This document shows positions 54,101 through 64,000 of a stretch of 64,000 bases of DNA, piece after piece. A model generated the notes under the pieces. It searched no databases. It saw only the letters and a list, made by a program, of their open reading frames with translations, and was not told where the DNA came from. The stretch is from the human T2T-CHM13v2.0 reference genome, Homo sapiens, in the NCBI RefSeq assembly GCF_009914755.1, contig NC_060929.1, one strand, 5' to 3'. The number at the start of each line of letters is the position of its first letter. The stretch's first letter is position 1. Made by a program: the position numbers and the translations under genes.

Positions 54101-55098
54101 AGTGGGCAGTCTTAGAATATTTGGCCACAGGGATTCTTCTTCCCTCACCTCATATTTAAAATTTCTAGCTTTTCTTCTCACATATTCTAAACTGAAACTC
54201 TTCTCCTCTGCCCTCCCTGCAGTTCCAAGAGCTCTGGGTGACAGCTCAACCCAAGGCTGCAGTGAGCATGAGGGAGGAAAGAGTGCCTGCAGCAGTTTCT
54301 CATCCAGCTCCCTGCGGTCTCTGAAGTCCCTGATTTAGGGCTATTTTCCTGACATGTCCAGTTCCAGGCCCTTCTCACCCTTACCTTGAAGTACTAATGC
54401 AAACAAAAAAGGCAAAAGCATACTGCTGCAACCTAGGGATTTAACAAACTCATCCCAAACTAGTCACTACATACATTTTCTCACAGAAGTTTGCAGGTTT
54501 GGAAAGAATATGTTAGATTTTTCGAACTTCTGACTTATAGGTCAACTTGTGGCATACAGCTTAATCACAGGGAAGGGGGACAGTGGAGAGAAAGAGATAC
54601 AGGTCAAGTTAAGATTTAAAATTGGTCCATTTATGGCCATCTAGCAAGTTTAGAAACCGCAGTAAAGGCATGTCAATAGTAACAAGTGGTATTTCTTTTA
54701 TTATTATTTCTATTTTATAATAGATACATATATTTCCAAAATTTCACTTTTAACTTATTGTAATTTTCTCTCATTTTTTTCCTGCCCAGATATTTTACAT
54801 TTCTGTATAAATTTTCCAATCATATCTTTTACAATTTGTGATTTTTCTGTTTTGTTTATGAAACCCTTCCTTGTTTGATGGTCATAAAGGTACTGTGCTC
54901 TATTTTCTCCTAGTTATTTTAAAAGTTTTAATTTATGAGAAATTTTTAGAACTTATGTGTGGTTATGGTACTTAATAATCACTTTTAAAAAGTCAAATAG
55001 ATAATTAATTATCAAAACTATTGGTAATTCTTTCCCCCATGAAAGTGCTACATTTATGAAATATCAGCATAGAAGGCATATTTCCATACACACCCTTT

Positions 55099-55124
55099 CA
55101 CACACACACACACACACACACACA
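55099..55124. repeat. (CA)n microsatellite
   Basis: About 13 CA units. Confidence 0.95.
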
Positions 55125-56182
55125 ATTACACATACAAATGTATCTCAAGATTTTTTTTTACATCAAAAACATTCTTAATATGAATGGGACATAGACATCC
55201 AAAGCCCAGAGCTGCTTAGCAATGCTTCCCTGAAAGATGGAGCACAGTAACACAAAACAGCACAGCAAGGGAAGACTTTCACATCCTATTGGTAGACTTA
55301 CAAAAATAATAAGCCATAGGTAATCAGAGGGTGAGTTTATGTTACTCCTCATAAATTTTTAGATTTAAGTTTATTACTACTATAGTTAAATGCCCAGATG
55401 CTCTAGAATCAAGTGTAATCTTATAACATTCTCAAAAGAACACAGTAATTGAGCTGCTGAGTGTTATTTTATTTCAAAAACCAACCAATAAAATAAAAAC
55501 TTGGATGACATAAAAGAGCAACACAATTTCAGTGGGAAAATCGCAAGTTATAAAAAGAGAAATTAATAATAAAGCAGTATTAGACAAATGTAACTAAAAT
55601 CATTCAGTATCCAAAAAGTGACAATTCATCCATTTTAAATAAGGACAGAAGTTATCAATTATTTTAGCAGATCAACATAATGAGGCATTATATATGTATG
55701 TGTGTGTGTATCTATGCAGACACATATATACATATACACCCAGAGACACACACACACAATAAATTCAGGTTAACACAAAAACAGCACAAAATACACCAGG
55801 TGAATATTAAAATAAAACATTTTACAGGTGTCTCACTAAGCTTATAAAATAAACTGTTAGACTTCATGAATCTCCAGCATATGATATTTGCTATGTTATC
55901 AAACAAGATGGTAAACTCCAAATGTGTAAATACTGTGGCTGTTCAAATTGCTAGTACCGTGACTATTAAAACTTGCAGACATTAAAACATATAACTAAGT
56001 TATGTTAGTTTGTTGTGCACAAACCTGACATTTTCTCTGTTAAAGGAAAGTCATTACTACATTTAGTTGCCAACACACCAGCCATACCTTACTCTTTCCT
56101 TGAAAATAGAAGCCACTTTTGTACCCAGATCCTAGGAAATAATTCTTATGGGTCATCTTTTATTATGATGATGGTTTCATGG

Positions 56183-56189
56183 GTACATG

Positions 56190-56270
<81 letters not shown>
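56183..56270. repeat. Compound (TA)n(TG)n microsatellite within an L1M 3' fragment (~56165-56340)
   Basis: About 13 TA then 25 GT units; flanks tgatggtttcatggg...tgtcaattatacctcaataaa are L1M-like. Confidence 0.95.
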
Positions 56271-56271
<1 letters not shown>

Positions 56272-58054
56272 AAACTTGTCAGGCTGTACAGTTTAAATAT
56301 GCACATTGTATTATCTGTCAATTATACCTCAATAAAATTATTTTAGGAATCTAAAAAATAGATACATTTGGTTAACTTCTGTATATGTATATAATATGAT
56401 CAGTGATACTATACTTTTAGATGTGTCAGCACACAGAACAGTGAATGATTAAGATTGTCTCAATTCTATTGCTAACACATATATATATATTTTTTTAAAG
56501 AGTAAAATATTTTCCATGTATAAAAACCACAACCTTATTACTGAATACTTTCTTGAATAACCTTCACCAAGGTAAGAGATATATGAAAGATCTAATAGAA
56601 TATCATTAAAAGATTCAATTGGTTCTAAGATTCCAATTAACTCTCATTTACTTTCTAAAAAGAAATTATTGCTCTGTGCTAATGATTTTTCTAAGTTAAA
56701 ATGAATCAAAATGAAACATACAAAGCTATTTCACAACTGTGACATATATTTCATTCACTACTGTCATTGGAGAACCGGCTTAGAAAATCATTCTCAACAA
56801 ACAAATGAAAGGAAGAATGCCATATTTTACTTTTTCCATTTTGAGACAACACTGAATGGAAAAGCACTTGGGTCCTATGCACATGTCTTCACATCATATT
56901 ATATTATTGGAATAAATTATTGTAAATCCAGGCAAAGATGACAACACAACAAACTCCCAGCAAACTGAAGAAGTTAATTATAAGCCATATGGAAAACATG
57001 TTTTTCATGTACTACAAAAAATTACCACAAGAACTTGGCAGTAAGCAAAGAGATGAGAGATGACAGCAGGGTGGAGAGGTGGTGAGGGAAACCAATGCAA
57101 TTATCTTCACATACTGGAAGGACTAGAACGCGAGAAAATGAATCGATTTATTTTGGTTGCCTCCAGGGCACAAAATTTAAGCCCAGGTTTGGAAAATATG
57201 GAAAGAAAAATTTCATTGTAGTGTAAGGACAGATCTTTCAGAGTCCAAAAGTGGAAAGACCTGCTTTGGGAGACTGGGAGTCCTACCTCTCTGTTGACTT
57301 TTAAGCAGACTTTGTTCACTGTTTGCAAACATCTGGAAGAGATTTGTGCATTAGATGAGTGCTGTATGATTGAGAAGACTTAGTACTCTGAGATATTTTG
57401 GGGTCTATCATTCATTATCTATTTCTAAATATTTCACCCTCTTATACAAGACACACTAACTCAGTGTCTGTTAGTTTCCCACAGAAGACATCATTTCCAA
57501 GTTTTATTATTACAACACAGACTCCAGATAATGCAGGCTTTTAAAAAAATCTATCATTTTTTCACTGTGAAGCCAAAGTAGGAACATAGGAAGACGGCAT
57601 TTCAAATTTGAAAGATAGAACACAAAGCTGTGCTTCCCTGTTAGTAAAGATATATATTATAAGTCATCAAAAATAAATACTAACAGTCTGGATGCATACG
57701 GGTCTGTAACAGGAATTAAGAAAAATATTTTCTTCTGTAATGAGAACATTTTACTATCATGTTTAACAGCTAAATGTATAGGCTAGGTTTTCTCAATCTA
57801 TAACATGGGAAGTGTTTTAATGACACAGACCCCTGGACCCCACCTTTTAAAAAGTCTGATGCAAAGTTCTAGAAAACGCCCAGGAACTTACGTTAAAAAT
57901 ATGGGCCACACATGATATAGGGTCTGTGGCAAATAATGCTATAGGATAATGACTGTCTGAGAGAATTTCTCAACGTCACCTTTTGCACATTCTTCAACAT
58001 GCAGATGGACGTTTGTTAAAATTTCATTGAATGGACCATCTAGTCTAGTTAGTT

Positions 58055-58300
58055 CAGTATAGGGAGGCAGTTATTAGTATGGACTCCAAAATGAGAATGC
58101 CTTCATTCAGTCTCAAATGCACCATTTATTAATTATACTTCTTTGGACAAATAAACTTTTATTGCCTCAGTTTTCTCGCTCGAAAATGGGGATAATATGA
58201 GTATCTGTGTCATAATCTTGTTGTAATGATTAATGAGTTAAATGATGCATGTCAAGTGCCTAGAAAAATGCCTGGAACATTCAAAGAGCTCAATAAATAC
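58055..58300 (+). mobile_element. MIR SINE
   Basis: tgcctcagttttctc...aaaatggggataata...agagctcaataaata. Confidence 0.75.
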
Positions 58301-58840
58301 ATAAAATAAAGTTAATTATTAATATCCTTTATGACCCATAAGGGCAAAATGTTTTTCAAAATCAGAATCTCAACAGGTATCAAGCAAAAATTCTGTATGT
58401 TTAAATAAATTAATTTTCTTCACATTCCCTCATAGTTTTTCAGCTCAAAATAATCTCTTCTTTGAGACTATGCTGAAAAAATTTGTATTTCAAATAAGGG
58501 CTTATTTAGGCACTTGAACATATTCAAACTTTCCTGTAGCTTAACTCCATTAAGACATGTGTAGGATGGTTCTCCATAAAAGGAATAATAAAAGTCAGAC
58601 TCTGAATTTCAACCAAATGTTAAATGCATAAGAAATATTTGTAAGCATATAAAAAATTTTCTATTCAATAAAAAACCACCACTCAGCACTTCAGTTATTG
58701 CCAGAGACCCCAACTTGAATTAATAGCCATTTGACTCTGTGAAAAGCTTGTCTCACACAAACCTCAGAGTGGAAAATGGACATGTTAAGTAGCCTTCTTG
58801 TCCTCTAGATTCTTCAAGTTCTACTCCTGTATCAGATAAA

Positions 58841-59170
58841 CAGGGGTCCCCAAACCTACCAGTCCGTGTCCTGTTAGGAATTGGGCCATACAATAGGAGA
58901 TGAATGGCCAGTGAGTGAACATTATCACCTGAACTCCACCTCCTGTCAGATCAGTGGTATTACATTCTCATAGGAACATGAACCCTATTGTGAACAGTGC
59001 ATGAGTGGGATCTAAGTTGCTGCTCCTTATGAAAATTTAACTAATGCCTGATGATCTGAGATGAAGCAGTTGCATCAAAACCATCCCCCACCCCACTCCA
59101 CTCCACCGTCAGGGGAAAAACTGCCTTCCAGGAAACTGGTCTCTGGTGCCAAAAAAGTTGGGGACCACTG
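58841..59170 (+). mobile_element. MER1B-like hAT-Charlie element
   Basis: TIRs caggggtccccaa / ttggggaccactg; partial TSD agataa on both sides. Confidence 0.9.
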
Positions 59171-59215
59171 AGATAAGATCAAAGGAAAACATCTTCATAT
59201 TATCTTCATGGGGGT

Positions 59216-59597
59216 TGTATTCATCTGTTTTCACACTGCTATAAAGAACTTCCCTGAGACTGAGTAATTTATAAATAAAAGAGGTTTTAATTGACTTACA
59301 GTTCCACATGGCTAGGGAAGCCTCAGGAAACTTATAATCGTGGTGGAAGGGGAAGCAAGCACCTTCTTCACAAGGCAGCAGGAGAGAGAAGAGCAAAGAA
59401 GAAACTTCCAAACACATATAAAACCATCAGATCTCGTGAGAACTCACTCACTATCACGAGAACAGCATGAGGGAAACCGTCCTCATGATCTAGTCACCTC
59501 CCTCCCTAGACACATGGAGATTATAGGTCTCTCCCTCAACGTGTGGGGATTACAATCGGAGGAGATTTGGGTGGGAACACAGAGCTAAACCATATCA
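59216..59597 (-). mobile_element. THE1D/MSTA-like MaLR solo LTR
   Basis: tgtattcatctgttttcacactgctataaag...aaaccatatca; TSD ggggt/ggagt. Confidence 0.9.
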
Positions 59598-59707
59598 GGA
59601 GTCATTATTTTAATTTCTTAGAATAATGCCTTCACAAAACCATGATTTAAATTGTTTCTTTGTAATAAAGGCTTTATGTAAAAATGGTCCATAAGAACAT
59701 TATTTGA

Positions 59708-59910
59708 GGCCAAGCGTGGTGTCTCACGCCTACAATCTCAGTACTCTGAGAGGCCCAAGTGAGTGGATCACTTACCGCCAGGAGTTTGAGACCAGCCTGG
59801 GCAACATGGCAAAACCTGGTCTCTACTAAAAATACAAAAATTAGTCAAGCATGGTGGCACACACCTGTAATCCCAGCTACTTGGGAGGCTGTGGAATGAG
59901 AATCGCTTGA
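59708..59910 (+). mobile_element. AluS, 3'-truncated
   Basis: Left arm, linker, right arm ending at gagaatcgcttga; no tail. Confidence 0.92.
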
Positions 59911-61981
59911 TACTATTTTAAATGATTTTCAGTGTCATATGTACCTTATACATAAATAAAGTAAGATTCCTCCAGATATATAATGTATATAGGAATAAGC
60001 ATTACAAAAAGAAATACTTCCTCACCTATAGTTTCTCACTATAATAATATTAAACTACATTAACCACCATAACATCTATTAACCTTTACTGGGCCTTTAC
60101 CATGCACTAGGTAATATGCCAAGCGTCTGTATGTTTCCATAGTTTTTTCTCACCCAAAGTCCTATCCCATGGACAGTATTCTTATCATAATTATTAGGTA
60201 ATGAAAATAAGTTTTAGAAAAATTAAATGCTTTGATCTAGGATTCTGATATTCAAGTGACAAAATTAAAATACGGTATGAGTTCGTTTGACTCCAGATCT
60301 GGGTTTTTTTCACTCTCAACAAAAGACTTACTAATGTTAAAGGTATTATTATGAGAAAAAATAATTTTCAGTTAAATAAAGCAGAAGCTCCAGATTATTT
60401 ATATCACTTTTCAGAAAGACAGATCCTTATCTCCCAATAAGTATTTTGAAAAAGCCCACACAGATGATACTACCTTTGGAACCCTCCATTTTCTGTGGTC
60501 CTGTGGAACTGGGCTTTATTACTAATGATCATGCATGCAGGACACCCAGAAAAAATCATTTTCTCTATGTGGAAAAATTACTCAGTAATGCTACAAAGGA
60601 TCATGTTACAATGGACCACATCAGTACAGTTTTCAATTCCTATCATTTGACTGGTGAGATACTTGACAATGTATTTGTCAAGTAATGGCTTTTCTTGGTA
60701 GTGACTTATATAAAAGCCAAAGATCCAGTAGAAACATGAAGCGGAAATCAAAAGTTGACGTCTAGAGGTGTTATATTCTCTGGTTATGACAGAGATGAAG
60801 AAAATTGCCGAATATATCCTTGGGACATCTTTACCTAAATTTTCAACATGTTATCAACTTATTTCAATCATTTCTCACGAGAAACCACAAAGCTTTGGTA
60901 AGAATTGAGCATTTCAAAATAGAATCATCAGTGAGACAAATGCCACTAGTACTATTTATGGCTTCTACAAGAAGTTAGATGTCATAGAAAAATGTACTGA
61001 CTTTGACTATGAAGAGGCACTTTTCATATATCTATCCTCTTTAATGCAGATCAAACCTTTAAAAGCATTCAACATTACAACATCTATTTGTCCACCGTGT
61101 TGAGAAAACATTGATAAAATATGGGTTATTCATTTCATTTCTTAGTTCAAGTGCGAACATAAGAAAGACATCAGTGAAAGCAAAGAAAATGAAAACAAAA
61201 ACAAAAACAAAAAACAAACAAAAAAAGCTATCCATTTCCTCTAAACCACTTGTGAATGTACAAAGGGCAATTTCTTCAATAATCTAGTCTGTTAGGGATT
61301 ACCTTCCGCCTCTCTATCACTGTGCCATTTTAAAGATTGAAATGCTGATAGCATGTGACCTGTAGAGATAGCTCTTTGATTCGTAACATTGTCTGGCTGT
61401 TGACACAATGGTATTCAGAATCTCCTAGTTTATTCAATGACAAATAATTATACAAAAGTAGTACCAACTTTGATGAAACTGTTGCTCACCATACAAGTAT
61501 CTAGGTGGCTAGCTCATCTAGGAACACAGGTGACAAAAATCAGAATTGATTGTTCTTGGATGTCATACCAAACAGAAACAAGTGTGTTTATTCAAATTTA
61601 TAAAGATGAGAAAACAATGACCAAGAATGACTATATTCTTAGCAAGTGTGAGCTCACATAGTTGTCCATAATGTATGGCACTGCTCAGAAGGAAGAAAGC
61701 TCACATAATACCAAAAAGATTCTCAGTAGGTCTGCTTTGATGCCATTATAGGTAAAAAGAACAATATTTGAGCTAGGAAGATTTTGGATGTGTTTTCCAG
61801 AAAACTGGGAATTATTAAGCTGTAGATGATTAGCAGAAAGACAAAATGTCTTCCAAGAATTCGCCCAAATTCTAGGCCATCAAAATAAAGTCTTCAGGAA
61901 AAGATTTGAAAACTTCAAAATAAAAGATTAACAATGAGTACATGAATTCAATAAAATTATGAACTTCCTGGGGGAAAATAT

Positions 61982-62500
61982 CAGATTTTCTTTATCCATT
62001 CATCTGTTGAGAGACACTTGTAAAAAATTATGAGACTCTGTCTTCTGCAACCACATATATGGAACTAGAGGTCATTATGTTAAATGAAATAAGCCAGGCA
62101 CAGTAGGACAACCTGCATATTCTTGCTTATTTGTGGGAGCTAAAAATTAAAACAATTGAACTCATGGAGATACAGAGTAGAATGATGGTTACTAGAGGCT
62201 TGAAAGGGCAATAGGGTGATGAGGAGGAAATAGGGGTTGTCAATGGGTACAAAAAATGGAAAGAATGAATAAGTTCTGGTATTTGATGGCATGACAGAGT
62301 GCCTATAGTCAATAATAATTTCTTGTACTTTTACAAATAACTAAAGGGTATAATTGGATTGTTTGTAACACAAAAGTTAAATGCTTGAGGTATTCAATAC
62401 CTCATTTACCCTGATGTAATTATTACACATTGAATGCCTGTATCAAAATATCCCACATACCTGATAAATATATACACCTACTATGTATACTCAAAAGTTG
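61982..62500 (+). mobile_element. L1MA 3' end with a short inverted 5' segment
   Basis: Sense part ggaactagaggtcattatgttaaatgaaataagccaggcacag...atatacacctactatgta; 61982-62019 is antisense L1. Confidence 0.85.
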
Positions 62501-62534
62501 ACATTTTAAAATTTTTTAAAAATCACACTGTTGT

Positions 62535-64000
62535 GGGGAGTCTGGCAAGATGGCCGAATAGGAACAGCTCTGGTCTGCAGCTCCCAGTGAAACCAACGCA
62601 GAAGGTGGGTGATTTCTACATTTCTAACTGAAGTACCCAGTTCATCTCATTGGGACTGGTTAGACAGTGGGTGCAGCCCACGGAGGGCAAGCAGAAGCAT
62701 GGTGGGGCATTGCCTCACCCGGGAAGAGCAATGGGCTGGGGAACTACCTTCCCTAGCCAGGAGAAGCCCCGAGGGACTGTACCATGAGAAACTGTGCTAT
62801 CCAGCCCAGATACTACATTTTTCCCATGGTTTTTGCAACCCACAGACCAGGAGATTCCCTCCTGTGCCTATACCACCAGGGCCCCAGGTTTCAGGCACAA
62901 AACTAGGTGGCTCTTTGGGCAGACACTGAGCTAGCTGCAGGAGTTTTTTTTCATACCCCAGTGGTGCCTGGAACCCCAGCAAGACAGAACTGTTCTCTAA
63001 CCTGGAAAGGGGGCTGAAACCAGGGAGCCAAGTGGTCTTGTTCAGCAGGTCCCACCTTTATGGAGCCCAGCAAGCCAAGAACTACTGTCTTGAAATTCTT
63101 GCTGCCAGCACAGCAGTCTGAAGGCAGCCTGGGAGGATCGAGCTTCATGCGGGAAGGGGCTTCCGTCATTACTGCAACTCCAGTAGGCAGTTTTCCCCTC
63201 ACAGTCTTAAGGAAGCCAAACTCACTGCAGCACGGCAAAGCAGCTGTGGCCAGACTGCCTCTCTAGATTCCTCCTCACTGGGCAGGTAATCTCTGAAAGA
63301 AAGGCAGCAGCCCCAGTCAGGGGCTTATAGATAAAACTCCCATCTCCCTGGGACAGAAAGGGTAGCTATTGGCGCAGCTTCAGCAGACTTAAACTTTCCT
63401 GCTGCCAGCTCTGAATAGAGCAGCGGATCTCTCAGCACAGTGCTTAAGCTCTGCTAAAGGGCAGACTGCCCCCTCAAATGGGTCGGTGACCCCTGTGCCT
63501 CCTGACTGGGAGATGCCTCCCAGCAGGGGTCAACAGACACCTCACACAGGAGAGCTCCGGCTGGCATCAGGCAGGTACCCCTCTGGGATGAAGCTACCAG
63601 AGGAAGGAACAGGCAGCAATCTTTGCCATACTGCAGCTTCTGCTGGTGATACCCAGGCATACAGGGTCTGGAGTGGACCTCCAGCAAACTCCAGCAGACG
63701 TGCAGAAGAGGGGCCTGACTGTTAGAAGGAAAACTAGAAACAAAAAGCAATAACATCAATATCAACTAAAAGGACACCCACTCAAAAACACTATCCAAAA
63801 GGCATCAGCATCAAAGATCAAAGGTAGATAAATTCACAAAGATGAGGGAAAACCAGTGCAAAAATGCTGAAAATTCTAAAAACCAGAATGCCTTTTCTCC
63901 TCCAAATGATCGCAACTCCTTTCCAACAAGGGCACAAAACCGTATGAAGAAAGAGTTTGATGAGTTGACAGAAGTAGGCTTCAAAAGGTGGGTAGTAACA
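62535..64000 (+). mobile_element. L1PA7/8-like element: full 5'UTR and ORF1 start, continuing past the window
   Basis: caagatggccgaataggaacagctc start; ORF1 ATG at 63842 (MRENQCKNAENSKNQNAFSPPNDRNS). Confidence 0.93.
62546..62556 (+). promoter_or_regulatory. YY1 motif of the L1 promoter
   Basis: CAAGATGGCCG at the L1 5' end. Confidence 0.75.

Noticed and set aside
54033-54378. Overlapping 101-aa and 63-aa ORFs
   Set aside because: Non-ATG starts, no recognisable protein features, no matching splice pair.
56015-56296. 93-aa ORF with a CV repeat
   Set aside because: Translation of the (TA)n(TG)n microsatellite.

Overview
Primate (most likely human) genomic DNA, mostly transposable-element relics; I found no convincing new biological system. 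The only well-supported host coding feature is a 179-bp minus-strand exon (36977-37155), missed by the ORF track, whose peptide I recognise as TMEM232, so the window appears to be one exon plus parts of its two flanking introns. The first 11.7 kb holds two plus-strand proviruses about 290 bp apart, both antisense to the gene: the 3' part of a deleted, G-to-A hypermutated HERV-H with an LTR7, and an older MER51-type ERV1 with a 4-bp TSD and a half-deleted 5' LTR. The rest is nested L1s, Alus, MaLR/ERV-L LTRs, DNA transposons, MIR/L2 and microsatellites, ending in the 5' end of an L1PA7/8-like element with an open ORF0-like frame. Best leads: the exon, a candidate frame-preserving 9/15-nt microexon (54379-54393), the APOBEC3G-type footprint in HERV-H, and the ORF0-like frame pointing in the gene's sense direction. 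Repeat subfamily names come from recalled consensus sequences and need RepeatMasker/Dfam confirmation; boundaries of old repeats are approximate.
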